Origin: Phoronis australis
Taxonomy: Eukaryota > Animalia > Phoronida
Assembly (NCBI GenBank): GCA_002633005.1
Contig: NMRA01000023.1
Span: 1,692,601-1,756,600, forward strand
Reading direction: 5' to 3'
Length of the DNA stretch: 64,000 nt
Below, piece by piece: positions 49,313 to 63,447 of the stretch (position 1 is the stretch's first letter; each line of letters opens with the position of its first letter). The notes under the pieces were generated by a model that saw only the letters and a list, made by a program, of their open reading frames with translations, was not told where the DNA came from and did no database searches. The position numbers and the translations under genes are program-made.

Positions 49313-52300
49313 AACTATAGTTTTCCCTTCGTCACGTATACCGACATAATCATGACAATTTCAATGGAGACATAATAAATGAGGGTAAAATGACAAATGT
49401 CACCGATACCTGATTCAAAATTTGATTTTCTAAGCTGAAAACGAATGCTCCCTCTTTCTAGTACATGGTGAACACAGCGCGGTTACAGGAGGATTAATCT
49501 TGTTGTCAACTAGGTTAACAAATTACTTGTATGGAAAAAACACCCCTCCATTCCGGATGTTAGTGACTAATGATGGGCCCCGCCCACTTCACCTGTGAAA
49601 TTTACCAATGACAAACGACCTCACCTAAATTAGGCAATACCAACCTTCAGTAGGCGTTTGTGAAAACCGGTAATTATGTAATATATTTTTAAAAGTGTTT
49701 AAAGGGTTATCCTCGCTTTATCCGATCAACAGGTATCGACTACGGCTGGATTACTTAAATCCTTTGGGATGAAATCACCGAAACAGGGTTTAGTTTACCG
49801 AAATTTGTGAAAAATAACCGCCTGTGAGTTGTGACATTGAAAAAATATTTGTTTGTGCATTTCAGTTTCAAATTAGAAACATGGAAAGGACAGATTACAC
49901 GCGGTGTGCACAGTGAACGCGCTACATGTGCACATCTCTACATGACCTCTGATGCTTGACCTTTGTCTATTACAATGCACATATGTTACATATGTTAGTT
50001 CTAAATGTTCGTTTTCCCTGTTTAAGTGGTGGTAGAAAGTACCGCGACCGGCGTCGTTTTTTAATTTTGCCAAAACTCATCGCATAGGATTGTTTGCTTA
50101 TTTTCTACAACTGTTATAGTGCGGTCTCAGATTTTTCTCGACACAAACTCTAATCAACTTTAAACAAAACTAAACTTCCGTTTCCTATCAGCATGGTAGT
50201 TAGAAACTGATTGACTCACGTCTCATGTTTGTATTTGTGAAGAAAGCTTCAAGATTATGTTTCAATTAAATGTTGATTCTCTGTGCCTTAAAACTTTATA
50301 ATTTACTGATGACGTATTTATAGAGGTAGAAATTACGCGAACAATTATTTTGGATCTCCGTTGCTATGGTTACCCAAGAGAAACCCCGTACTTTTGGTAA
50401 ACATGCGTGCAAAAACATTGGAATTAATTCAACTCACACGCTTAGGGTGTGCAAGGTTCGTGCAGGAATCGGAAAATTTCAGTGTTTCAAATAAAATTCA
50501 ATACGTCAAATACTTTTATATGTGAATCAGGCGCAGAACTTGTTTTCACATTGTTGATGGGGGTGAGATGGGTGGGGGTGGGGGGTTAGAACAAATTACT
50601 CCTACCGGGTAACATTTCGAGCAAAATGCTTATTTGTCGAGCACAATAATTATAGACTTACACATTCAACTGACTAAATGGGCAATTGATTAGATGTGCC
50701 ACATCCATTACACCCCCGTAAGTTGCTCACCTGTTCTAAATACCAATTGGATTCATTTGTCTTGTCGTCTTATCATTCTGTAATTGTACAAGAACATCCG
50801 GCCCCGCCTCCTGGACAAACGAGACAAAATAATCAGCAAAATACAAAAGGGAAGGTGTCAATTAATTTGTGTTCTTGACAGGAATAAACACAATGACCGC
50901 GTCTCACCACAGTCGTGGTCATTTTGCACTTGCTCGTCAAAATAATGCGTGCGGTCTTACCCCGAAGCTAATTTTAAAAGTGCTCCATCAGTTTGCGTAC
51001 GGTTGAGATTTCGGTAAGGAGCGACACTGTCTAAATGTGTAAACGTCTTTCGAATCCCGAGTTTTGTGAGTAGAGTTGTTTTTTTATACATTATGCAAGG
51101 CCGAGGGAACCGGTGATCTTATTCCACAATATTTGTATGAGGAACAATAAAGTAATGGAATTTTCAGTTACAACACCATAAGCCTGGCGCACCACTCAGG
51201 GTTTCCAAACAAATCTTGTCTTTTGAACCGCTATGAGGACACTGAAATTTCCAACAAAATGAAAACTGTATTGGTTAACTTTGGCTTGACGTTTTTGATG
51301 AGTTGTTTGTCAACCCGTTTGTTGCAATTGATTCATTAAGTGTAAAACAAACCCATTTTCCTTAAATTTTGGAATAACATGAGTATAAGTTTTGTGTATG
51401 ATTTTAATCTTAAAATGAGTAACGACGAAAATTTTCTAGAATTTGGTGAGTTTAACAGATGTTTTAGATCCATGAAAATAACTTTTTAAGGAATTGGGAA
51501 AGTAATACATTCAACCTGGGACAGCGTAACAAATCCAACACTAACACGATATCGCTTTTCCCGGTTGTGTTGCAACGATTACTGGACAAGTAAAATGGCT
51601 GTAGATCAACGTACGGCTCATATGTTCAACATATGTAGTTTAAACTAAAATCACAAATTCAGTGGGCGTCTGATTTCGAAAATGCTATATGTTTGACAGT
51701 TGTGTATTCAAATGATATTTTTCTCAAGACTAAAGTGGTTCAATTACATAATGGTTCTTAGAACTCTCAGTACAAAATATTATTTAGAAAAAATAGGAAT
51801 GTCAAAGTGCCATGCATGTATTTTTTGAAGAAGTTCCAGAATTAAAAAAATATACATATCAAACATTTTTTAATGGGAATATGTCATAAGCTTCTGAGAG
51901 AGCGACTGTAAATGTTGTTGTCTTGACAACGAAAAAATGTGAAATTATACGATTCTTTTCGAATTGATGAGCAACTTTCGATTACTAACCTAGTTTTAAT
52001 TTTGATTCGTATTTATCTACAACGGTTAGACGAGATTGTATCATCTTTCAGTGTATTTAAAATGAAATTTTAAGAATTATCATAAAGAAGAAAAGTATAA
52101 TTTCTTGAAGAAAGGACAAACTGCTAAACTTCGAAAACGTGAAATACAAGTGGTATAAATGTATTCGAAATCTGTTTGTCATGGTGTGTTCCACACGAAT
52201 TTCTCATTGTCTTAGCAGCCATCCATGAGTGAGTGTGTGGATGAATAGAAACTTATAAAACGTAAATCAGATTTCGTTTTGTTTATAACAAATGCTTAAA

Positions 52301-55300
52301 AAAAACTTAGACGAAGCCAAAGAGACTTTTTTGTTTTGAAAAAATCGATGTTATATGAAGAGCATAGCTTGGAAATATGTTGCGTTTAACTTTTTTGATT
52401 TCATTACGATTCAACAGATTTTATCATGAGTTTTGATGAAAATAAAGCGGAAAAACTATTTTCAGATTGCTTAATGCCCAACCCTTTCTTCGACATAATC
52501 GTTTTCCAGCATTTTTATAAAAGGTTAATCACGAGAAATATAATGAACAGTTATTGGAGTTAAGCCCAGAAAGAGGAAAAAACATTTAGTAACCTTATCT
52601 GACCAAGACAAACGTTTAAAAATTCAGGTAGCACACTAGATGCTCGCAAGTTGCACAAATAGGAGAGACTTGCATCATGTTTCATGCCGTTTTCAGTGGA
52701 CGAGGCGTTGATTACTTTGTTCTGTTTAGCCAACACAGATCATTAATACACCATTCAATTCGCGTTAGGTGTCACGCATCGGTTTAATCTTTTCAACAGT
52801 AATCGCGTCGTAAGCACTCTTCAGATCTTGTTAAGACATCAAGTGGGTATGGTCTTACAAAGTTTGAGCTCGTCTGTTTGACATGTTAAAACGCCAAAAG
52901 AAATTTCCCAACAAAAGAAAACAGCTAGGCGTAAGGCTTCAGACAGATCTGCGTTTGTGAACTCGCACCCGACGTGAATAGAATACATGATTTAGTCCAA
53001 ATTGTGTACACCACACGTGACAGTTTAAACAAACGACCACAATAAATTTGCGTCAAGTGAATTCAATGCAGGGAAAAACTAGCCAATTTCAGTTAACCAT
53101 TAGCGAAATGAGTATTGAATTTTAAAATGATGTCGTGCGGCGGACGAGACCACCTCGGATGCTTTAATGAGTTGGCATTTGAAGAACTGTAATTTTCTCG
53201 AAATTAAAGAACCTCGCACACGAAAAATAGCGTTTTTCAGGGAATCCCGCAACGTATCAGATTGGCTTAGAAATACTCATTAGCTGGGACTCTGTAGGCC
53301 TATAGGGTCCATCCGATGCGACAAAAAACCTCATCCATTGCAATTGTAACCATTCACTCAGTAGATAGACATTCAAAGAAAAGTTTTGAGCGTCTCCTGA
53401 TCTGCCAATTTCTAGAAGGAAAATGCCCTTTTGAATGCTAGTATTCTAATTTTAATGACACCACACAGTGGTTGGTTCGTGAAACACAAGTTAATCGCAC
53501 CATTACATAACACCATTTTTACCAGGAAACCATCGCCTTGTAAATGACTGATCTTGATATATTGCATTTTGTTAATAAAAAGAGAACGAATACATTCTAT
53601 GTAGACAGTCACAATCGCAGTCCTGTTAACGAAATAACTGTGGGACCTAAGGTAAGACCACGGGGTCTGTTTAGTCTGCTCATCTACGAATTATGACCTG
53701 ACGAGAATTTTACAACTGGAACGGAAATTTCACCAACCTATTTCGTGAGAAATGGTTTGCGTTTCATTTATCGCCTTCACAGAGTGTGGTTTCTTCTTGG
53801 TTAATTTTCGTAAAACGGGGCACCGTCAATTATAATAGAAGTCGGCGACTCGTACTTTTACGGAGAGAAGCCGCTAATAACTGAGGAGATAAAGTACACA
53901 TTTTTGCAGGGACTGAGGTAACATGCGGTTTAAACAAAATTCCATTTTCGCTGAACTAGCAACCCCCTGTTGCTCAGCCCGTTCCTATCAACTGCCTCAG
54001 CGGTGTAGCATATCGTCTCAGTTGTGCAAATACCTTGTTAACGCGATTAGCGCACGTTTGTTGGTTTCAGACTAAATAACATTAACTAACTTTAAATTGG
54101 AATCAAATTTTCCTAAATTGCAACATTGTGTCCTGTCGAATTACAGAGAAGAAAGTGGTTCTCACATTTTGGGTAACACTCGGCGAAAGGAGCAAAATTT
54201 TGTAAATAAACACATGACAAAATTCTCAAAACAAGCCTCACTAATGATTTATACAAAACTGCGGACATCAATCCAGCCAGATCACAGGTCTAAAAGGAGA
54301 ATAGTCGGAACGTTATTAAGGATGTACGCAGTTAATATTATCCAGACAAAAGTCTTTTAAGAGTATAACACAGTTAATGCTGAGTTTGGAAGCGCTTTCT
54401 AATAAAATCACAAAAAACAATATATCTCGTCTAAGCCGATAACTTCAAGAAGACTATGTTATCCAACAGTAACCCCGAAAAATGTATTTTTCAATCCTAA
54501 AACCGATTGCGTCCCTTCAAAGTGAATAAGAATATGTGAGAGAAAACTTGAGAACGCTAGTTGCCGTTCAACCGAAAATCGTCGTTGGCTCAGTACGAGT
54601 TGTGAAGTAGGCCCAGACTGATTTCAATGAAAAGAACACCAAATTCGACAAACTTCCACATCCACCAGTCGAACTGTATGTCGTAATCGAAATGGCGTTA
54701 CGTGGTCTCTGTTTACACCGGCCCCACTTCTAAATGTACGCCACAGCATAGAATGGTCCCCGACTATGCTGCCTCCTCTCGGCGTGATATGCCAGAGCCT
54801 ACCTAGAAAAGTCCCGCTTTTATCTGTGGGCCAGGGATAGAAAAAACACGGTCGTGCCTTCAATACCGTCGTAACCTCGGAACCAGTCGTAACTAAGTTC
54901 CATTTTTGAACACTTCATGCTCCCGAAGAATCAGAAGTTCCCGTACCCCAAAATAGCAGATACGATAAATGGTCGACAGATGGTTTGTGCTATTATAAAC
55001 AGAAAATCTATCCTTCCTCTCTCACGAACAGCACAGGCTCACAACAAACGTTTCGCATTTCTCATGAGCACAATGAAAATTTTCTTACTAGCTACTTTCT
55101 TTCTCGGTGGTCGAGGTGGGGTGCGGGGTCGGTTAGGTCCGATCAACTGCTCACGGAGGCAGTTCAAGTCCGTCTTAGACGGCGTCATCCTGGACAATTT
55201 GTTTTTAACAAGGTCCACTCAAGGAATCGCAACAATAACGGCCAAGGGAGAGGCCGGGGGTGCAGCGATCAACTATAAGTTCCGATAACCACATTTTCGA

Positions 55301-55943
55301 ACTACCTCCCGCAATACTTCACTGGTGACGGACACGCACTGCCACAGCTCTTTGACACATTTCTTTTCTTATGAACCACATAATTATATTTTTCGTTGCA
55401 TTTTCTTGCATTAATTCTTTAATTGCCACAGGAGACACTGCGGTCGAGACAAAAGGAATGTGCCCGTACAAAACAATTACAATACACGAGACACGAACTG
55501 CATTTACTTTCATGAGGAAAAAAAAACGCTGCTAACAGAGAACGTCCGTGTGGTCCGAGAGGGAGCTTAATTGAGTTCCTTCATAAAGACCAATGTATTC
55601 AGTTTGAGTACCAGCTCCGCTTCAGGGAGTGAAATATTTGGATCACTGGCTGGCACTGTCCAAGACATCACACAATTTCTACCTACACGGATAAAAAATC
55701 TCCACTTTCTCCATGGCACTAGTAGAACACTTATAGGCCCCATGGTCGTCACAAACATACTGGAAGTTGCACGTGGTTAGGGAAGACCATCTCCCGTGAT
55801 TACGGTGTATACAATTAATGGACCACCTAAAACTGTTGAGCTAAATTTGAAATGTCATGTTCGCAAACCTTAGAAAGCGGCTATCAAACCCGACGCGTTC
55901 CGCCACAAAAACACAAAAATTATTTCTTGATTTGACCACTTAG

Positions 55944-57097
55944 TAGGCCTACCGGTAACAAGTTTGTCTCAACTTGTTCCAAAGTCACAATGTGAATGCG
56001 ATTCATGTACCGGACATCACCGGCAATTCATAATTGCTCGAGATCAAGCTCCATGTTGAATTTTCACGATGTCATTTTATTCACCGAATATAGTCTCGAG
56101 GAATATCGAGCTGATCAAGAAGAGCAACGCTAAATTTTCTTTTTATGTGGCCCACAGTTCACCGCAAACGGTATAGTTCTAGGGATACTCATCAATCATG
56201 CAAGGATCAAGGACACAACAATTTGATCACATCCAGAAATGCTGGTCCCCGAATGCATTGAAAAAGCCCTTTGTCCAGACCAAAATGGACAGTAGGGGCT
56301 GCTGCAGTGGTTGAATCTGCCCAGAAATTGACAAGTGTCGGCAAATTTTCGTCAAATACCACTTCGACGAATTTAATTGAATTCCGTTCAAGGGTCCTCC
56401 AGATATCATTTGGAGGACTTTACCACAGAATAATGAAAATCTCCACCAAGCCCAAGGGGGGACGGGGGGGGGGGGNATTGTCTGGGCAATACCTTATTAA
56501 GTATTCAATTTAAGTCCTTTTTTCGAAGCTCATTTATTTGAGAAAAGCTCATTTCAAATGAGAAGGTGTTTAGGCCTACCGGTAACAAGTTTGTCTCAAC
56601 TTGTTCCAAAGTCACAATGTGAGTGCGATTCATGTACCGGACATCACCGGCAATTCATAATTGCTCGAGATCAAGCTCCATGTTGAATTTTCACGATGTC
56701 ATTTTATTCACCGAATATAGTCTCGAGGAATATCGAGCTGACCAAGAAGAGCAACGCTAAATTTTCTTTTTATGTGGCCCACAGTTCACCGCAAACGGTA
56801 TAGTTCTAGGGATACTCATCAATTTCATGCAAGGATCAAGGACACAACAATTTGATCACATCCACAAATGCTGGTCCCCGAATGCATTGAAAAAGCCCTT
56901 TGTCCAGACCAAAATGGACAGTAGGGGCTGCTGCAGTGGTTGAATCTGCCCAGAAATTGACAAGTGTCGGCAAATTTTCGTCAAATACCACTTCGATGAA
57001 TTTAATTGAATTCCGTTCAAGGGTCCTCCAGATATCATTTGGAGGACTTTACCACAGAATACTGAAAATCTCCACCAAGCCCAAGGGGGGACGGGGG
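55944..57097. repeat. Near-identical ~530-bp direct duplication next to N gaps (probable assembly or haplotype artefact)
   Basis: 55944-56475 is nearly identical to 56571-57097; both copies end in a G run followed by N. Confidence 0.75.
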
Positions 57098-58233
57098 NNN
57101 NNNNNNNNNNNNNNNNNNNNNNNNNNNNNNNNNNNNNNNNNNNNNGGGGGGGGGGGGTAAATTTCACCAAGTTCAAGTTCCGACCAGTAGTTCTTGAGAG
57201 AGTGGACACGAGGTGGTCCAGACAAGATGACAATATGTCACCACAAATGTGTGTAGAGGCATCAACATCACTTTTCAAACCAAAATAGGAAAAACTATAG
57301 ACCAATTTTTTAGCAGTAAGTGGTCTAAATCAAAATTCAGTTTCTTCAACAGATCGCGGGTTTATTGCCGCTTTAATATTTGAGATTATGTTCTTCAAAG
57401 AACTTGAACTGGTTTGGTATGATACTGTACAATTCTTTATTTACAGTTGGACATGTGGCCCAAAATGAGGTGTGGTCTTAATAAGAACAAGACAAACACA
57501 CAAAATCAAAATATATTTGAAGCTCTACCCCCCCTCAGTGTGTACCACCCAACAGTATTGATTATAGTCAGCTGTAATTGTTGCCTGTAATAAAAACGGT
57601 GAAATTCCACCATCTATTTTCCTTCCTATAGCCTCAAGGAGATAAGCACCACCTTTTGTATAAAAGACTAACTAATGCTATTGCAGAACAAGCCAGCACT
57701 GATGAAATATAGCCCACCTCCATACTATAAATGAACTTGCACAAATAAACAACAAGCAAGAGATTCAACAAAGCTTTAACAATACTCATCAAAATCTGAG
57801 GTAGCCTATACATACAAAGGAGATGAAATATGACATGGATAAACTCATGGCATCCAATGGTCGATTGAAACCTTTCACACCAATGAACCTGTTCTATCCA
57901 CTAGCTCCCCCTGTTATTGTCTTTGATGTTGATAAAGTGAAGAACTATAAGGAATACATTCATTTGTTTATCTAACTTTCTACCATAAAGAGTTGCAGTC
58001 CATGTTACAGCATCAATATTTTGTTAGCATTGGAAGGCTGAAGAGTGATGCAGCCGAGAAAAATGAGCAAAGAATATGATGACAACAAACAACACGCCGA
58101 ACTACATTGGCGCGAAAATTGTGAGGCTACAAAAATGATCGAAAGATATTGCAGCATTGTAGGTAAATACCGCAAGATTCAAGTGTCGCTGCATAATTCC
58201 AAACGGCTCCGTTAACAAGAGCAGCTAATGGTA

Positions 58234-58366
58234 AGGACCCAAGTAGCATAGTGACGTGCTGTGTGACTTAGAAACACACACTAGATTAGATATTCCAGGA
58301 CCCAAGTAGCATAGTGACGTACTGTGTGACTTAGAAACACACACTAGATTAGATATTCCAGGACCC
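58234..58366. repeat. 63-bp tandem duplication
   Basis: aggacccaagtagcatagtgacgt... units start at 58234 and 58297. Confidence 0.9.
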
Positions 58367-58919
58367 ACTTCCCACAACCAATTAAATCTACCCTACCACA
58401 AACAAGGACGTCCAACCCTAGCCTTCTTCAGCTGTAAGTCAAGAGCCAGACGCACACAAATGCCTGATGCACACACAAGACTAGCCATGACTTAGACAAT
58501 AGACTGGAATTCCAGCTTACCAAGCGTGTTGCTCATATCTGCCCCTGACAAAAAGTGAGGATTTTTCTTCATGAGGTACTGAGGTGAATATTCCAACCTG
58601 TTCTAAATTTTTTACCTCATCAACTCAACAGTGTGTGGACGAAGTGAGCTTAGTACTTAACGATTAATTTAGCTGGCCAATAAAAATGACCAATTAGACA
58701 ATTAACTCATGTGACACCATAAAAAAAACTCCCAGTACAAGAACAGGGAACCTGCCACGGAAAATTTTATCCATGCAACATTCAATTCAATGATTTAATT
58801 TCAATGCAAATTTTAAGGGTAACAGTATCCAACTGTGTGCTGAGCAAACTGGCATTTGAGTCAGTTGGCTAGGCTCATATTTCTTGACTGCACCTGGCTT
58901 AAGACTGTCACACTCCTGA

Positions 58920-59113
58920 CTACAATTCATTAAAACACTCAAGATAAGCCTTGTAGCCAGCATCTTTGTACTCCTGAGCTACTTGACCCGGGTTAGCAGC
59001 GGTCGTGACCCCACGACCCACAATGATGACATCACTTCCTTTCCTTGTAACCACTTCCTGAGGGGTCAAGTACTGCTGTCCCAGAGTGTCAACTCCTTCT
59101 TGTAACTTGACAC
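58920..59113 (-). CDS. UMPS: UMP synthase last exon (OMP decarboxylase C-terminus)
   Basis: ccttag acceptor; GVKLQEGVDTLGQQYLTPQEVVTRKGSDVIIVGRGVTTAANPGQVAQEYKDAGYKAYLECFNEL then TAG; contains the LGQQY and DVIIVGRG motifs. Confidence 0.95.
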
Positions 59114-59644
59114 CTAAGGAAGACAAAATAGCAGCACACTGCATTAGCGTGAAGTCACTATTTCTGATGAAGACCTACACGCTAAGTATTCATCATTTAC
59201 AGTTATTAGTTTAGTGAATGTAAACAATGATGAGCGTGTCTGTTCCACAGATAAACCATAGAATAAATGTTTACTAGATTTTCAAAAGCCATTTTCCTTA
59301 CGCTGTGTTGTAACGCACACCCTGAACTGGTTAAGTGTGTTACAAAGTTACAATGTTTAATTTGAGGATAAGTCAGTCCCCAGCTTGCCAGCTCTGTTCT
59401 GAATGTATCAGTTTCCCAATCTCCTTTTAATGCCACCCAAATATATCGTGGCGCAGGGAAGACCTGATCAATCTATAATGGAATTGAATATTAAAGTTTC
59501 TAAACACTTTATTCTGGTGTCAAGGATCACATTCTTCACATGTGTATTTCCAAAAACAATGCTATGGTGTTCATATCCTTTGCTTGATCTAAAATCAATT
59601 ATAACAAAATGCCATGAATTCCCAATGCTCATACTGCTATGATG

Positions 59645-59820
59645 GCTGAGGTAACCCACTATGATGAGCTAACCCACGATGATGAGCTAACCCACGGTGA
59701 TGAGCTAACCCACAATGATGAGCTAACCCACGATGATGAGCTAACCCACAGTGATGAGCTAACCCACAATGATGAGCTAACCCACAATGATGAGCTAACC
59801 CACGATGATGAGCTAACTCT
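59645..59820. repeat. 18-bp minisatellite in a UMPS intron
   Basis: (gatgagctaacccacaat)-like unit, about 9-10 copies. Confidence 0.93.
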
Positions 59821-60144
59821 ATGAGCCTAATGTGAAGTACTAACGAGACGTCAAGTCTTCACAAGCCCAGAAATGCTTAAATCTAGTCTGAGAAAAGACC
59901 AAAATGTGACGGACTTCAAAACAGCATGTGGTCTAAATCAACAGTTGCCTTTTGACAGAAAGCGGGGTATACTGCAGCATTAATGCTCGAGTTATTTGAA
60001 AAAGTGAATAATAGTTGTTTAAGCACTATCAGTATGTTATTAATTTGAAAAAATATCACAAAACTTGGCAATAGCTTAATTACTGGATCTCAAATTGGTT
60101 CATTCCCAACTGGCATTTCACTGTGATGTAAGTGTAAGACTTAC

Positions 60145-60243
60145 CTGGTGTCATGTGGATGAGAGATGGATCTTTACTGACACGTGACTGGCATATGAAC
60201 CCAATGACAAAATCTTTATTTTCTTCGGCCATTTTCACGGTAG
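60145..60243 (-). CDS. UMPS: UMP synthase exon
   Basis: (A)TVKMAEENKDFVIGFICQSRVSKDPSLIHMTP(G); ctgtag acceptor, gtaagt donor. Confidence 0.94.
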
Positions 60244-60736
60244 CTACAGGAAGTACAACACCAAAACAGTTAGCTAGCACAAACACAAATTAAAAACATT
60301 TAAATTCTCGTGAACTTTATTTGGCAAGTTATCCCCTACAATCAATCTTGAAAATATCACTTAAGAACCTAGTAATTAAAGACAAAGGACAATAATCAGA
60401 GAAATCACCAACTATCATGTTTCTGAGAAAGTAAACTAAATATCACACTAGTCCAAATACAGCAATCTATCTTTCTTTTGCCTACAAAATGAACAGCTGC
60501 TCATACAACAATAAATTTTCAGTGTCTGAAATTAAAAAATGTTTACCATAAAAATTTTTAAGCCATGTCAACAATACGGCTTTGCATACAACTTTCATAT
60601 ACGGTAAATCCAGTAGGTAAATAATATTCTGACAAGATTTTTTGACCAAAAAGGTGTGAGTATGCGAAACATAAATATCAGAGTACGTAACTATACAGCA
60701 GAGTGTTATGCCATTCTGTATACATATGCCACTTAC

Positions 60737-60821
60737 CTTGTGTATAGCTGTCTGTGGCTAGACTACCCTCAGAACTCATCTCAGCTATCATGAGGCAGGC
60801 ACACTTAGAGTTGTCGACGGC
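60737..60821 (-). CDS. UMPS: UMP synthase exon
   Basis: AVDNSKCACLMIAEMSSEGSLATDSYTQ (AEMSS.G motif); taacag acceptor, gtaagt donor. Confidence 0.93.
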
Positions 60822-61156
60822 CTGTTAAGAAGAGGCAATTATTGGGAAACACAACACCAAATGCTCAACCCACACTGACCTTTGACCTATGACACAGTCC
60901 AATGCTGTGGTTTCATGTCATACTTCAATGAGGAGTCACAAAGAGAACGATTAATGTTAAATGGCATGTCACAATTTGTCACACTTCAAATTTTTAAAGT
61001 GTCATAGGGAAGCCTCGCAGGTTTTTGGTGATTTTTGCATGAATAAGTCACATCAGCTTTACCTTTGTCACACATGCGACGCAGTATTTGCCGGTGACAA
61101 CACTGAATTCTATAACGACGTTCTAAAACCGCTCTGAGGTGGTGGCGTGTTACAAC

Positions 61157-61351
61157 TATTATTAAAATCTCTTGGTCTATTTGCACCGACCTCTTGTCTA
61201 TTTACATTGTCAAGATGTTTCGGTCAGCTGGTCTATTCTCTTACGAATGCAGCAACACTTGACGATGGCCGGAGAATAGACCGACCGAAATGTCATGACA
61301 ATGTAAATAGACAAGAGGTTGGTGTAAACAGACCAAGAGATTTTAATAATA
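61157..61351. mobile_element. Foldback MITE (near-perfect ~80-bp hairpin arms) in a UMPS intron
   Basis: tattattaaaatctcttggtct...ggtctattctc vs gagaatagacc...agaccaagagattttaataata; loop of about 30 nt. Confidence 0.8.
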
Positions 61352-61750
61352 TTTGAATTCTATAATTTTTCCACTAGTCAAAAATGAACCACCAACTGAT
61401 GGCGCATAAAATAACTATAAACCTAACAAAACACTAACAGCCAACTTACAAATACATGTATGAAAGAACTGTCAAAATGTCACAGAACTTCGTTTTTTTC
61501 ACAGAAATGTCATTATGTCATAGGGAATCCAGTCTCTGAAGCAGACTGCCAAATTTTTCAAAGCTGACTGAGAGCTACAGGCTGATTCCAGGCTAGAGAC
61601 AGGGCTGTACATAATAACAACTGAAGGCTGGAGCCAGGCTAGAGACAGGGTTGTACATAAGAACAGATACAGACTGGAGTCAGGCTAGAGATAGGGATAT
61701 ACACAACAACAGTTCTAGTCGATGACCCAATATTCCTATTTAAGGATAAA

Positions 61751-62800
61751 AACAAGAGCAACCCGCAGCACTGAAATGCGCACACAAGTGCATCGTAAAC
61801 ACTGTGCTTCTAGGGGTGTTTATTTGTATCATAAAAATGACCATTAGATGGCTCAGAATAAATTGAATCTATCCNAAGAATTGTCAAAATGTCACAGAAC
61901 TTCGGTTTTTTCACAGAAATGTCATTATGTCATAGGGAATCCAGTCTCTGAAGCAGACTGCCAAATTTTTCAAAGCTGACTGAGAGCTACAGGCTGATTC
62001 CAGGCTAGAGACAGAGCTGTACATAATAACAACTGAAGGCTGGAGCCAGGCTAGAGACAGGGTTGTACATAAGAACAGATACAGACTGGAGTCAGGCTAG
62101 AGATAGGGATATACACAACAACAGTTCTAGTCGATGACCCAATATTCCTATTTAAGGATAAAAACAAGAGCAACCCGCAGCACTGAAATGCGCACACAAG
62201 TGCATCGTAAACACTGTGCTTCTAGGGGTGTTTATTTGTATCATAAAAATGACCATTAGATGGCTCAGAATAAATTGAATCTATCCAAAAATGGTACATC
62301 TCTAAAAATTACTTGTCATTGTTACTTTAATAGATAGACTAATTACCAAATTTTATAAAAATCTGTCAAGGACCTTCAGAGAAACAGAGGAAAATGAAAA
62401 AAATGAAAAAGATCCTGAAGAGGGTTTAGGAGTTATAGCCATGGCTGCAAAGAAGCAAAACTGCCATTAGGAGGCGCCACAGCAGTCAAAGTCATCGGAA
62501 AATCATTGTCAGCTGTCCTCTTCACAGTAGGAACATATTTGCAAAATTTCACAATCATCTTTAGAGTAGTTTGTTTAACAGAGGGGCGGACACCAAAAAA
62601 CAGTAAAAATCGAAACATTCGAAATCAGTAAAAATGGTGACACAAAATACCTTGAATCTATCCAAAAATGTGAGGATAGTGTCATCTGACTAAGAGATGC
62701 CTATCTACCAAATTTTACATAAATCTGGTGAGAACCTTTGAAGTTACAAAGGTAAACGTAAAAAAATATAAATGCCACTAGGGGGCACTGTGGTAGTCGG
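61751..62800 (-). mobile_element. HINE-like repeat, reverse-oriented and partly deleted copy
   Basis: aacaagagcaac is the reverse complement of the family 3' end; ccattaggaggcgc and ccactagggggcac motifs. Overlaps the duplicated segment split by a single n. Confidence 0.55.
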
Positions 62801-62819
62801 GCATGTTGTACCAGACGTG

Positions 62820-63010
62820 AGCAGGCCGCTCAGCTGGGCCCATTGCACTATCACCTGGAACTATTTTAATGCTTTATTTATATATAGTTAAAACCGAGCC
62901 GAGGATCTAGAAACCCGACTGAAGGGTCTAGCAGTGTGACCAGTGAGAGTTGAACCCAAGACTTTGAGTAAATGAAGCAGACACTTATCATAATAGGCCA
63001 CACTGCCTCC
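62820..63010 (-). mobile_element. Possible tRNA-derived SINE head
   Basis: Minus strand ggaggcagtgtggcctattatg (A-box-like) and gggttcaactct (B-box-like) at tRNA-like spacing; no full cloverleaf. Confidence 0.4.
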
Positions 63011-63317
63011 TTTTATTAAAGGTATCTCAGCATATCTTTAGTTGATGCCAGTATTAATTTTCTTGTATTAACAGTTTCAGCTTGCTGGAATCAACCTAGT
63101 ATCTTCACTACAGAAAACCCGATCCCATGACTGATACTGAGAGATGCATAACATATCACAACGCAGTATCTTCACTACAGCCAATCCCTTGACTGATACT
63201 GAGAGATGCATAACATATCACAACGTCCAAGAAATCTTAGATTTAATTTGTGTTCAATTTCTTGATATCATCTCAGTCACTACTCTTGTACACTCCTCAT
63301 AGCTGATGTTTACGTAC

Positions 63318-63447
63318 CTCCTTGAGTCCTTTGACTACCCCTGGCCCAGGGACGCTGTGGGCATTGACGATGTCAGCCCAGTCACCAATCTTGTACACAC
63401 CCCCTGCCAGTTGGTGCTTCACTGTGTTCCCAATATCAGCAAATTTT
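63318..63447 (-). CDS. UMPS: UMP synthase exon with the OMP decarboxylase catalytic motif (gene continues beyond the right edge)
   Basis: (R)[43 protein letters not shown], the tail of the DxKxxDIxxT signature; ttcattaag acceptor, gtacgt donor. Confidence 0.95.

Noticed and set aside
49059-49349. MYVC and HTYI repeat ORFs
   Set aside because: They are translations of the (TATG)n microsatellite.
54917-55288. 123-aa ORF in the sFRP upstream region
   Set aside because: No recognisable domain or splice context; a blastx search would be needed.
55944-57097. Duplicated ORFs (MISGGPLNG.../MSRPKWTVG...)
   Set aside because: They lie in a gap-adjacent duplicated segment and match no protein family I recognise; probably an assembly artefact.
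59639-59824. ORF with DELTH(N/D) repeats
   Set aside because: It is the translation of an 18-bp intronic minisatellite antisense to UMPS, with no exon support.
61468-62286. Apparent ~410-bp tandem duplication
   Set aside because: The copies are almost identical and separated by a single n, so an unmerged contig overlap is most likely.
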